A DNA stretch of 38,253 bases from a virus, in the IMG/VR virus record IMGVR_UViG_3300002821_000002, positions 1-38,253 of that record; one strand, 5' to 3'. Below, one piece after another: positions 9,181-17,592 of the stretch (within the stretch, counting starts at the first letter, position 1; the number at the start of each line of letters is the position of its first letter). The notes under the pieces were generated by a model. It saw only the letters and a program-made list of their open reading frames with translations, was not told the origin of the DNA and ran no database searches. Made by a program: the position numbers and the translations under genes.

Positions 9181-9281
9181 CCGGCGCGGAAGTGTTCATG
9201 GCGTTCTGTGCCGGTGTTGTCGGAGGCTGCGCTATCGTTGCGCTGCGCCACTTCTGGCACGGGCTCTGGAGGACTGCATGA
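9177..9281 (+). CDS. 34-aa single-TM peptide
   Basis: MTGAEVFMAFCAGVVGGCAIVALRHFWHGLWRTA; ATGA-coupled at both ends. Confidence 0.55.
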   Translation: MTGAEVFMAFCAGVVGGCAIVALRHFWHGLWRTA

Positions 9282-9412
9282 GCGAACTTCGGGAAGAGGA
9301 CAAACCCGCCTGCTTCGGGTGTTATGGGTATCGGGTCTGTGTAGGACGGACAAAACCCCCGTCTGACTGCAAGTGGGAAGAGCGGTGCTACAACAGCCAG
9401 AGGGATACCTGA
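9278..9412 (+). CDS. 44-aa Cys-rich microprotein
   Basis: MSELREEDKPACFGCYGYRVCVGRTKPPSDCKWEERCYNSQRDT; coupled at both ends; GGAGG RBS. Confidence 0.6.
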   Translation: MSELREEDKPACFGCYGYRVCVGRTKPPSDCKWEERCYNSQRDT

Positions 9413-9567
9413 TGACCGAGGCCGTGGCCCTGCCCCGGCAGATCGTGGACCAGCTCCGTGCCGAACGCGGGGGCATCGTGGACTTCGCGGTTGAAGCGGG
9501 GAGGATCGTAATCGTAGAACAAAAAGGTGTGAGCAAACATGAAAGCAATACCAAAAACCGGAATTAA
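9412..9567 (+). CDS. AbrB/MazE/SpoVT-like DNA-binding protein
   Basis: VALPRQIVDQLRAERGGIVDFAVEAGRIVIVE fits the swapped-hairpin pattern. Confidence 0.65.
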   Translation: MTEAVALPRQIVDQLRAERGGIVDFAVEAGRIVIVEQKGVSKHESNTKNRN

Positions 9568-9961
9568 TGGCAGCCCGTCAGCCGTGGTAAGCGCGGGAAC
9601 TGCCGATCAGGTATCGGAACAAGAACAAATCAAGGTATGCCCCCATCAGAACGCTGGGTGCATCTCGCAGAACGGGTACCTGTGCCTGCACAACGGACCG
9701 TGCGAGCCGATAGACAACCGTGGCCGGTGGTTCGCGGTGATGTATTCCACGGACGAGAACGGGCAGATGTTCATGCACCGGGAATACCGGCAGCAGCCCG
9801 TTGCCGTGAAGGGCAACAAGGCGGTGTGCGGAGATCGCTGCATGTGCCAGCCGGAAGACCATGCTGGCAAGGGGGCCTGCGGGAAGATCATTGACGCGGA
9901 CGCTGCCAATGCAGCCCTCGCGTTGGTGGCAGAGCTCAGGGCCCGCCCGGGGGTGCAGTAA
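9539..9961 (+). CDS. Cys-rich hypothetical protein
   Basis: 140 aa; stop overlaps next ATG. Confidence 0.55.
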   Translation: MKAIPKTGINGSPSAVVSAGTADQVSEQEQIKVCPHQNAGCISQNGYLCLHNGPCEPIDNRGRWFAVMYSTDENGQMFMHREYRQQPVAVKGNKAVCGDRCMCQPEDHAGKGACGKIIDADAANAALALVAELRARPGVQ

Positions 9962-10416
9962 TGGACGCCCGTGCAGAACAGGCAAGCCTCGCGGCGGAAC
10001 CCCTGCCGCAGATTGTGATCGTGGACCCGCTCACCCGCGTGTGGGAGATGGACAACATCATCGCGAAGATGGAGTCTGCCCTCCAACGGGCAAGGGATGA
10101 GCGTAACGAGGCACTGCAATACGCTATCACCAACAACGTGGAGGAAGATTCGGCCTGCAAGCTCAATGTTGAGCGCTCCGTCCGGAAGTCCCGCACGCTG
10201 AACGTGGACAGGTTCCGCGAGGTCTTCCCGGAAGAGTTCGAGATGGCCTGCGATATCGAGCGGAAGGATATTGCCGGGCGGCTTGCGCACGTCGGGGAAA
10301 AGATCAACCTGACGTTGATTGACAAGCTGGTTAAGAAGCCCGCCCTGGAAGCAGCGCAGGGCGTCATATCCGTGAAGGAATCAGAAACCCTGTCGTATTC
10401 GGTGGTGCGGAAATGA
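9961..10416 (+). CDS. Hypothetical helical/coiled-coil protein
   Basis: 151 aa, coupled in early operon. Confidence 0.65.
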   Translation: MDARAEQASLAAEPLPQIVIVDPLTRVWEMDNIIAKMESALQRARDERNEALQYAITNNVEEDSACKLNVERSVRKSRTLNVDRFREVFPEEFEMACDIERKDIAGRLAHVGEKINLTLIDKLVKKPALEAAQGVISVKESETLSYSVVRK

Positions 10417-10604
10417 ACCCGCCCGCCATCAGCGTATCAATGCACGATGCCGCGAATACCCGGGAAGATGAGAAACCGGATATCTGCGAAGAGTGCGACA
10501 ACTGCCCGGAAGAGTGCAGGATGAATGCGGAGGATTGCGAGGAAACAATGGCACAAGCCGCCGCAGAAGAGCGGTTCGAGGCGATGAGGGATGCCTATGA
10601 GTAA
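10413..10604 (+). CDS. Acidic Cys-rich small protein
   Basis: CEECDNCPEECRMNAEDC; ATGA overlap. Confidence 0.6.
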   Translation: MNPPAISVSMHDAANTREDEKPDICEECDNCPEECRMNAEDCEETMAQAAAEERFEAMRDAYE

Positions 10605-11298
10605 ATGCAAGAAGTGCGGGGCAGACGTGATCTGGGAGAAGAAACCAACTGGCGGATTCTTCCCCCCGAAAAACCCGGACGGTTCCCGGCACGATTGCGA
10701 AGGTAAACAGCAGGCCGTGCCGGGCGGCACGGTTGGCAAGCTGACCGGGTACACGTCCGGCTCGGCAACGTTCACTGTGAAAGGCGGCGGCACCAAGACC
10801 TATGCGATCCTCGGGTCCATTGCCAATGAGTTCACCAGCAAAGGGTTCCTGTTACCCCCGGAGAATCACCCGGATGTCTGGTTATCGTTTCACCTGGATG
10901 ATAAGAAGTTCATCCTGCCGGGGTATCAGGTCATCCAGCGTCCGGAATGGGCGTCTGAAATATCCGATCCGACTAACGGCGAGATCAAGACGCCGGACGG
11001 GAAAACGGTGCCCCCATTTACGAGGGCGTCGGAGCTGCCAAAGGAAACTTGCACGTCCCCCGAGACAGCCCCCGCACTTACGCAAATGCGTACCCCCGAT
11101 CCCCAGAAGTTTACCGAGCGCGATCTGTTCTCCCCAAGAGACCGCCTTATTGTCCTTCAATCCACCCTCAAAGCCTGTGCGGATGTGTTCGCTATCACCA
11201 CGACACCGGACAGCATGGACTTCGATACCGCAATGGATCTCATCATTGCCCGGGCGATCAAGGATACCGACACCCTGATGAAAGCGGGGGTGCCGTGA
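10597..11298 (+). CDS. Zn-finger protein, possibly ssDNA-binding or recombination related
   Basis: CKKCG...HDC N-terminus; beta-rich middle; function inferred from position only. Confidence 0.55.
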   Translation: MSKCKKCGADVIWEKKPTGGFFPPKNPDGSRHDCEGKQQAVPGGTVGKLTGYTSGSATFTVKGGGTKTYAILGSIANEFTSKGFLLPPENHPDVWLSFHLDDKKFILPGYQVIQRPEWASEISDPTNGEIKTPDGKTVPPFTRASELPKETCTSPETAPALTQMRTPDPQKFTERDLFSPRDRLIVLQSTLKACADVFAITTTPDSMDFDTAMDLIIARAIKDTDTLMKAGVP

Positions 11299-11299
11299 G

Positions 11300-11548
11300 A
11301 TGCCTGCCGATATCATTTTTGACGGCGAGAACGTTGACGGCTCCGGCATCGGCACCATCAAGATCACCTGCATGCACGACCCCTACGATCTCCGGTGCCC
11401 GGTCTGCGGGCATTCCGTTTTCTCGCACCTGACCAACCCGTGCCTGGAGACCGGCCTCACGTTTGCCTGTGAGGGGTGCGGGGTGCAGCTCTCCCTTTTC
11501 CCGGATAAAGCGGGCTGCCGGTTCCTGATGGAGGTGCAGGGAGCATGA
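11300..11548 (+). CDS. Zn-ribbon protein
   Basis: CPVCG...CEGCG. Confidence 0.65.
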   Translation: MPADIIFDGENVDGSGIGTIKITCMHDPYDLRCPVCGHSVFSHLTNPCLETGLTFACEGCGVQLSLFPDKAGCRFLMEVQGA

Positions 11549-11718
11549 CGGACATGACCCCCTCTATAAAAATAAACGTTCAGCCCGGGTATGCCGATAT
11601 CGATTTTTCAAACCCGAAAAATGGGGTTGTTGGAACGACCCTGCGGATGAACCCCCGCGAACTGATCGCGCTTCGGGATCTACTACTCAAGCATTTTCCG
11701 ATTGGGAGCGAGCCATGA
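11545..11718 (+). CDS. 57-aa hypothetical protein
   Basis: MTDMTPLYKINVQPGYADIDFSNPK...KHFPIGSEP; ATGA overlaps at both ends. Confidence 0.55.
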   Translation: MTDMTPSIKINVQPGYADIDFSNPKNGVVGTTLRMNPRELIALRDLLLKHFPIGSEP

Positions 11719-12578
11719 AGATCGATATCCACATCACCGACGCAACACCGGAAGAAGCGGCGCTCGTATTCACAGGCGTAACCGTTGGGCAGGCCGTTGG
11801 CAGGGTTGCTGCCAGCGTTGCCGAAAAGCACGTGAGGAAGGGGATCGCCCGGGCAACTCCAGCACAGAAGCAGGTACCGGACCCGCTGCCCGGACACACC
11901 GGCTGCGAGGATTGCGACCACGATCTCCGGGATGTTGCCGGGTGTGAGCGGTGCAGCCCCCCGCCGACACCGGAGCCGGCCAAGAGGCCGAAAGCCACCG
12001 TGAAAGGCAAGCCCGGCCCGGCACCCGGCAGCGGAAAGGGGAACTCGTTCGGCATCCCTGCCCTGCTCTATACCACTGACAAAAATCAGTATCAGCGGTT
12101 GTGGGCCCGGTGCAAGACCAAGGGCATCAAATACGAGCAGGCGCTTGCGATGGAGGGAAAAACAAAGCTGGTGGGGAGGCACGCAAAGAAGATGGGCCGG
12201 CCACCGCTGGCAACCACTCCCCCAAAAGTGGTGGAGAAGAGCAGCGAGCCTTTGTTCGATGAGGTTATAAAAAAGACCGCCAATCCCCCGCATGAGCCGA
12301 TTACCCGCGAGGGCGAGCCGGCACGCTGCAAAGACGGATCACTGCCGGCAAGTGCAGCCCGCGGCAAGATCCGCGAGCTCGTGGCCGTGAAGAACGGCGA
12401 GCTCCGAGCCGGTCAGCGCATCAAGCACAACGGCCCGAAGGCGTCCCCGTTCTTTGGCAAGGAAGGGAAGATCGTCAAGGTCAGCCCGAACTCCGGTGAG
12501 GTGTTCGTTGACTTCGGGGCATCCTCTACCTGGCTGGCTCCGCATATCGTGATGGTGGTTCCGGAGGTGCCAGCGTGA
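11715..12578 (+). CDS. Hypothetical protein with C-terminal SH3/KOW-like barrel
   Basis: LRAGQRIKH...FFGKEGKIVKV...VFVDFG. Confidence 0.6.
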   Translation: MKIDIHITDATPEEAALVFTGVTVGQAVGRVAASVAEKHVRKGIARATPAQKQVPDPLPGHTGCEDCDHDLRDVAGCERCSPPPTPEPAKRPKATVKGKPGPAPGSGKGNSFGIPALLYTTDKNQYQRLWARCKTKGIKYEQALAMEGKTKLVGRHAKKMGRPPLATTPPKVVEKSSEPLFDEVIKKTANPPHEPITREGEPARCKDGSLPASAARGKIRELVAVKNGELRAGQRIKHNGPKASPFFGKEGKIVKVSPNSGEVFVDFGASSTWLAPHIVMVVPEVPA

Positions 12579-13369
12579 GCCAGGCGCTCGCAACCCTGTT
12601 TGAAGGGAAAGAGATCCGTGTGATCGAAGATGGGGGCGAACCCTGGTTCCCGATCAAGGATCTCGCAGACGCATGGGGCGTAAAAGTCAACACCCTCTAT
12701 CAGATCCTTACCAGGCAATCGGGGAAATTCACCGGCCACGTTTCCGACGTTCACGTAACGTCAACACCGACGGAGGATGAATCCTGGCACAAGTCGGTGA
12801 ACGAGCGGGGGATGTACTTGATCCTTGGAGCTATCAACACCGACCGCCTCAAAGATCGGGAAGTGGCGATGGCAATCCTTCGCTTCCAGCGTTGGGTCCC
12901 CGAGCTCATCCAGCGGTACAGGAAAAAAGAGATCGTCCAGGTCCAGCCAGCGGTCAACACGCTTGATACCGAACTCGACCGGGCCCGGACCATTGCCGAG
13001 CTGACCGGCACGGACCTCCGGACCATGCAGGCTGCAGCACTGCGGAAATGCGGGCTCAAGGAATACGCCGATGCCCTCACCCCTTCATTGATGCACGGAG
13101 AGGCGGGCACCTGGCTCAATCCTACGCAGATCGGCACCCGGTGCGGCCACACTGCCCGGGAGGTCAACAACTTCCTGGAGTGGCACCGGTTCCAGTACCG
13201 CGGCCCGGACGGGCTCTGGCGGCTGACAGATAAGGGCGAGCTGCACGGCGAGGAGTACGATTACCCGACCGTGAACAAGCACATCGAGATCCGGATCCGC
13301 TGGCGGGAATCAATCCTCACGGCATCCGGGCTGGTCCGCGAACCGTGCGAGACCCTGGCGAGGGCGTGA
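12575..13369 (+). CDS. BRO-N domain antirepressor-like protein
   Basis: FEGKEIRVIEDGGEPWFPIKDLADAWG (BRO-N); C-terminal LNPTQIG...AREVNNFL...WRLTDKG (KilAC-like). Confidence 0.85.
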   Translation: MSQALATLFEGKEIRVIEDGGEPWFPIKDLADAWGVKVNTLYQILTRQSGKFTGHVSDVHVTSTPTEDESWHKSVNERGMYLILGAINTDRLKDREVAMAILRFQRWVPELIQRYRKKEIVQVQPAVNTLDTELDRARTIAELTGTDLRTMQAAALRKCGLKEYADALTPSLMHGEAGTWLNPTQIGTRCGHTAREVNNFLEWHRFQYRGPDGLWRLTDKGELHGEEYDYPTVNKHIEIRIRWRESILTASGLVREPCETLARA

Positions 13370-13602
13370 TGGTGATGGGTCGGAGATCATGGAAGGCACG
13401 GCAGCGCAGGCTCTGCACACCGGCACCGAGGCCGGCAGTCTCGGAGCTGCTGAACACGCTGCTGGAAGAATCGAAGATTGAACGGAAAACGCAGGCTGCC
13501 ATCATGCAGGAGCTCATCCGGAAGCATCACGGCGATGTACCGGCCCGGGTGTGCTGGAACCTGCTGGCAGACCGCAGGGAAGCGGCGAGAGGTGCGGTAT
13601 GA
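13369..13602 (+). CDS. Hypothetical protein
   Basis: 77 aa, TGATG/ATGA coupled. Confidence 0.55.
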   Translation: MVMGRRSWKARQRRLCTPAPRPAVSELLNTLLEESKIERKTQAAIMQELIRKHHGDVPARVCWNLLADRREAARGAV

Positions 13603-13799
13603 CGAAACGGCAGGACGAAACGGGTGAAGAGTACTATGCACGGCGTGCGGAATATTTCAGGAAATACTATCAGCAGAACCGGGAAGCGCGGCTGAAGTAT
13701 CAAGAGGGATACGAACAGCGGCCCGGGGTCCGGGAGCTCAGGCTGCAATATTTCCGGAACCGACACCAGGCAATGAAAAAGCAGGAGGTGACCGCGTGA
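13599..13799 (+). CDS. Basic Tyr/Arg-rich helical protein
   Basis: EYFRKYYQQNREARLKYQ; coupled. Confidence 0.55.
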   Translation: MTKRQDETGEEYYARRAEYFRKYYQQNREARLKYQEGYEQRPGVRELRLQYFRNRHQAMKKQEVTA

Positions 13800-14137
13800 T
13801 GAGAAAAAAGATAACGATCTCGAAAAAAACGTGCTCAAAATGCGGGAGGGTGTGTGCCCCCCACTCATTAGAGATCCATCATATCGACGGAAACCACCAG
13901 AACGACGATCTGAACAACCTAGAGGTTCTTTGTACACTCTGTCATAGGGAGTTCCATTATAAGAGGCGCGAATCGCCGATTACAAACACAGACCCTGCGC
14001 ATGAACCCTTTCCGGTAACCCGCCATGAAATCGCAGCGTATGAGGAATTTATGGGTTTGCCCGGGCTCGGTCGGAAGTTCATCGATGCAGGGCTTTGGAT
14101 AATCAAGGATGCCGATGGGCCAAAGGTGAGTGCATGA
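13796..14137 (+). CDS. HNH endonuclease
   Basis: CSKCG...LEIHHIDGNHQNDDLNNLEVLCTLCHREFH. Confidence 0.9.
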   Translation: MMRKKITISKKTCSKCGRVCAPHSLEIHHIDGNHQNDDLNNLEVLCTLCHREFHYKRRESPITNTDPAHEPFPVTRHEIAAYEEFMGLPGLGRKFIDAGLWIIKDADGPKVSA

Positions 14138-15060
14138 GCAGATGCGTATCTTTTTGGCACAAGTTCGAGCAGGAGGGCAACTTCTGCGGGATGGACCCGA
14201 CCGAGATCTCCCGCGTGAAAGCATACCTGGAGTTTGTAGGGAAGATCGAAAAGACCGGAATTGAAAAAGATTTCATCTTCGCCCACTTCACGGTGGGGGC
14301 AGCTCGCCCGCTCATCGCAACCAAGGACGATGGAACCCGCACCGAAGCCCTGAACTATGTCGCATTGTGCCTGAAACGCAAGGAAAAGATCACAGAAGGC
14401 GACCTCCGGCAGCACATCAAGAACCTGTTGGAATCGGCGGGAAAATCCTGTTCTATGAACGCGCGTTCGGAAAAGTTGGAAATTTCCAAGATTCCAGCCC
14501 AACCCGCGCCCGAAATCGCAAAAGAACCACAATCTGAAAACCCGATCCAGTCGCTCGGTGATCGTGTCCGGGCGGCAGAGGTGCGGGAAGCTGCAGCGAA
14601 CCAGCCGGCACCCCCGGCACCCGTCGCGGCGGAGCTGAAGGAGAAATACAATCCTGCAGCAACGACCGCACAACCCCCGTGCCTCGCGGGGAAACCCTGC
14701 CCGAAGTGCAAGGCCGATGGCATCCGCGGGCGGGTCTGCGATGTGCTCGGTGTGCCTATCAACCAGCTCCCGGGCAACCGCTGCCCCTTTCCAGCTGACA
14801 AAGCAGGAGCGTTCCACCCTGCGAGCGAGATCGACCCGGCTACAGGAGGACGCCTGATCAAGAGTGCGCCATACAAGGTGATGCCCGTCCAGCTCAGCAG
14901 AGAGCAGGCGGAAGCGGCGATCACGTCCGTGGTCCGCGGGTACCTCACCAAGGCACAGCAGGGGATATGGGAGAGCATCCGGAAGTCAGGCGAGCTCGGG
15001 GACACGGACCTGGAGATATTCGAGGGTCTCGTAGACGATGCCGGGGGGCGGGTGCCATGA
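14134..15060 (+). CDS. Hypothetical protein with Cys-rich module
   Basis: ATG 14134 overlaps HNH stop; CPKC...C...CPFP. Confidence 0.65.
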   Translation: MSRCVSFWHKFEQEGNFCGMDPTEISRVKAYLEFVGKIEKTGIEKDFIFAHFTVGAARPLIATKDDGTRTEALNYVALCLKRKEKITEGDLRQHIKNLLESAGKSCSMNARSEKLEISKIPAQPAPEIAKEPQSENPIQSLGDRVRAAEVREAAANQPAPPAPVAAELKEKYNPAATTAQPPCLAGKPCPKCKADGIRGRVCDVLGVPINQLPGNRCPFPADKAGAFHPASEIDPATGGRLIKSAPYKVMPVQLSREQAEAAITSVVRGYLTKAQQGIWESIRKSGELGDTDLEIFEGLVDDAGGRVP

Positions 15061-15296
15061 CCGTCACCATGGAAGAGCTCTCCGCCGGGGTGCAAAAGAT
15101 ATTTGCTGATGCTGCCGGGGGCACCCCATCATATCCTGTGGAAACGGAAAATATCCAAAACTGCCCCTCAAACCCGAACTCTCCTCCAAGTTATGTTATG
15201 TTATGTTATGCTACCGGTACGGTACGCTTAGAAGAAGAAGAAGAAGAAGAAGAAGAGAACCGGCTCCATGAGAAATCAGGGGCGGGGGGTTCTTAA
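15057..15296 (+). CDS. Small protein carrying simple repeats (poly-Glu)
   Basis: 79 aa; ATGA overlap; stop directly abuts next ATG. Confidence 0.5.
   Translation: MTVTMEELSAGVQKIFADAAGGTPSYPVETENIQNCPSNPNSPPSYVMLCYATGTVRLEEEEEEEEENRLHEKSGAGGS
15191..15257. repeat. (TTATG)4, (GGTAC)2 and (GAA)8 cluster
   Basis: Read directly at 15191-15210 and 15231-15254. Confidence 0.9.
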
Positions 15297-15782
15297 ATGT
15301 CGGAACTTCTCAAGCGTACCAGCGTCTACCTTGACCGCAAGATCCATGGCTATTTTGTAGAGGAGATCGGGGAGCAGCACGTCTCCGAGTTCTTCCGTCT
15401 CGTAGAAGAAGAAGTCCTGGCACAACCCGGGGAAGATAGGGAGATCTCCCTCCGCAAGCGTGCCGCTCACGCAACCGAGATGGCAAAGCAGCGGTTCTTC
15501 CAACAGCGCCGGCTTATCCAGGAAGAAGAGGACCTGAAGACCACCATGGCACGGCAGGCAGAGGAACGGAAGGCACTCATCGAACTGGAAACCCGGGACG
15601 CTGTTGTCCGGCTGGGATTCAAACCCGAATGGCTCCGCGATACCCGCGGCCTGAACTTCTCCCACCACCGCAAGGAGATCACCGATGAAGTGTCCTTTGC
15701 GTGCCGGCTAGATCTGCAATGGAAAGACATATTCCCGATAGTATCGGCCATCGTGCTCCCGGGCGAAGAGGTGCCGGCATGA
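15297..15782 (+). CDS. Hypothetical protein, possible RHH-like N-terminus
   Basis: KRTSVYLDRKIH...HVSEFFR; 161 aa. Confidence 0.6.
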   Translation: MSELLKRTSVYLDRKIHGYFVEEIGEQHVSEFFRLVEEEVLAQPGEDREISLRKRAAHATEMAKQRFFQQRRLIQEEEDLKTTMARQAEERKALIELETRDAVVRLGFKPEWLRDTRGLNFSHHRKEITDEVSFACRLDLQWKDIFPIVSAIVLPGEEVPA

Positions 15783-15880
15783 TCCCGGACATCTACATCA
15801 AAGCGGCCATGGTCGCGCTCGGTGGCAGTGTCCTGATCACGTACCTGATATGGCTCGGCATCGGCGGGTGGGACGCATGA
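15779..15880 (+). CDS. 33-aa single-TM peptide
   Basis: MIPDIYIKAAMVALGGSVLITYLIWLGIGGWDA; ATGA overlaps at both ends. Confidence 0.55.
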   Translation: MIPDIYIKAAMVALGGSVLITYLIWLGIGGWDA

Positions 15881-16119
15881 TCCCGCTGGACGTAACCCGC
15901 GGGGCCCGGCACCGGAACAGCAAGAACCAGAAGGTCCAGGAAGAGCTCCTGAAAGTCCAGCAAGGAGGCCACCAGTACTTCAAAGCGCAGGACCTGGCGA
16001 AACGCACGAACCACGTCACCAACGGGATCGGCAACGTCCTCCGGTTCACCTCAGGGGTGGTGTGCGAGGGCAAAGGGCTCTGGCGGTTCACGGGCGAAAA
16101 GGTCGAGGTGCTGGCATGA
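15877..16119 (+). CDS. Putative winged-HTH protein
   Basis: YFKAQDLAKRT...GIGNVLR...GKGLWRF. Confidence 0.55.
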   Translation: MIPLDVTRGARHRNSKNQKVQEELLKVQQGGHQYFKAQDLAKRTNHVTNGIGNVLRFTSGVVCEGKGLWRFTGEKVEVLA

Positions 16120-16631
16120 GTGAAGCAGCAACGCATCACTGCACCTGCCCGGCAACCATCGCCGCGGAGAACCACAAGTGCAAGACCGAGAAATGGTGGC
16201 AGGACTCGGAATACCGCGAACGCTCGGAGATGTTCCTGAAACAGAACCGGACCTGCGCCTACTGCGGCAAAAAGGCAACGCTCGTCCACCACGACAAGAA
16301 AAGCAGCTACTACAGCCGCGAGGAATACTTCGACCCCGCGAACTTCACGGCCTGCTGTATGCGGTGCCACCAGGAGTACCGGAAAGGCGACCGCGTGATC
16401 TGCCCGGTCTGCCGGCAGCACTACATGAAACGCGATGCGGAGAAGTGCCGGTGGTGCGTGGGCATCAAGGACCCGGGCCGGAAAACCCGCCTGAAACCCC
16501 GCCACCCGTGCGCCCACAGCATCGGCCAGCAGCGATGCCAGCGGGACGGCAGGCTCTACGTCTGCTCCAGGTCACCGAAGACCGCGGAAGGGTGCGACCA
16601 TTTCCTGAAACGGGAGGCCGTGCCATCATGA
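16116..16631 (+). CDS. HNH endonuclease with extra Zn fingers
   Basis: CAYCG...LVHH...NFTACCMRCHQEY followed by CPVC and CRWC. Confidence 0.8.
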   Translation: MSEAATHHCTCPATIAAENHKCKTEKWWQDSEYRERSEMFLKQNRTCAYCGKKATLVHHDKKSSYYSREEYFDPANFTACCMRCHQEYRKGDRVICPVCRQHYMKRDAEKCRWCVGIKDPGRKTRLKPRHPCAHSIGQQRCQRDGRLYVCSRSPKTAEGCDHFLKREAVPS

Positions 16632-17044
16632 CCGCCTCGAAATTCCACAACAAGAAGACAGTGATCGACGGCATCACGTTCGATTCGCACACAGAGGCCC
16701 GGTACTATCTCCAGCTTCAGACCTTGATGAGGGCGGGCGAAGTCACGAAGATCGAGCCCCATCCGAAGTTTGAGCTCACACCATCTTATCGGAGGTGCTG
16801 CGGGCGGCTCTATACCGGCTACGAGTGCGAGAAGATCAAGGTCTGCCGGGCGTGCGGCCAGAAGATGCCCGTGGTCAAGGCGATCACCTACTCCGCAGAC
16901 TTCCGCGTGACCTACGCAGACGGGCGGGTCGAGGTTGTGGACGTGAAAGGACACCCTAACGACACCTTCCCGCTGAAGAAGAAGCTGCTGGAGTACCGAT
17001 ACCCGGACCTCACGCTCAAGGTAGTAAAGGGGGTACGGCGATGA
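16628..17044 (+). CDS. DUF1064-family PD-(D/E)xK nuclease with Zn-ribbon insertion
   Basis: KFHNKKTVIDGITFDSHTEARYY...YSADF.V.Y.DG..EVVDVKG; insert RCCG...CRACG. Confidence 0.85.
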   Translation: MTASKFHNKKTVIDGITFDSHTEARYYLQLQTLMRAGEVTKIEPHPKFELTPSYRRCCGRLYTGYECEKIKVCRACGQKMPVVKAITYSADFRVTYADGRVEVVDVKGHPNDTFPLKKKLLEYRYPDLTLKVVKGVRR

Positions 17045-17565
17045 GCGAGCCGCAAAAGTTCGGTGTGAAGGTCTGCAGGGAACGGAAATGCATAGAACTG
17101 CAAAAAGATCCGAAACACCCGGACTCTCCAGAGTTCTGCCAGGTCATCGGAGGGATGCCTGGTGCGATGCCGCAATGTATCAAGGAGGCCCCGCCGGACA
17201 AGTTCATCAGGAGGATGAGCGGGCAATTGAATGTCAAGTATCCCTCCCCTCGCCCGGGTGTGCGAAACTGCCCGAAGGAATGCCCGTACAAGATCGAGAA
17301 AGGGGCGATCTGTGCCTTCACCGGGGAAACATACAACGCATGGGGCGTATGCCCGTGCAACGTGCTCGGAAACGATGATCAGGAGAACTACCTCAAGCGG
17401 GTCCTTGAGCCCACGGTCCGCACATTCCAGAAGACAGAAGCGAGCGAGATCCTGCGGACCTGCCACCTGCGGCAATGCCCGGACGGTATCGGCAGATGCA
17501 AAGGCGGCACCGACTGCCCGGTGATCCTGTTGCCGTTCAAGGACCTCAAGGAGTGCCCTCTCTGA
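17041..17565 (+). CDS. Cys-rich repeat protein, in frame with the downstream methyltransferase
   Basis: CPKECPYK...CAFTG...CP and CPDG..RC...DCP...PFKDLKECP. Confidence 0.7.
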   Translation: MSEPQKFGVKVCRERKCIELQKDPKHPDSPEFCQVIGGMPGAMPQCIKEAPPDKFIRRMSGQLNVKYPSPRPGVRNCPKECPYKIEKGAICAFTGETYNAWGVCPCNVLGNDDQENYLKRVLEPTVRTFQKTEASEILRTCHLRQCPDGIGRCKGGTDCPVILLPFKDLKECPL

Positions 17566-17592
17566 AGGATCCCCGCGAAGCTGCTGCCGGCT

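Noticed and set aside
9345-9365. Suspected frameshift in the AAAACCCCC run
   Set aside because: With five C's the 44-aa ORF is in frame and couples to the next ATG
17563-17565. Selenocysteine recoding of the TGA
   Set aside because: No evident SECIS or Sec machinery, and the inferred host group is not known to use Sec
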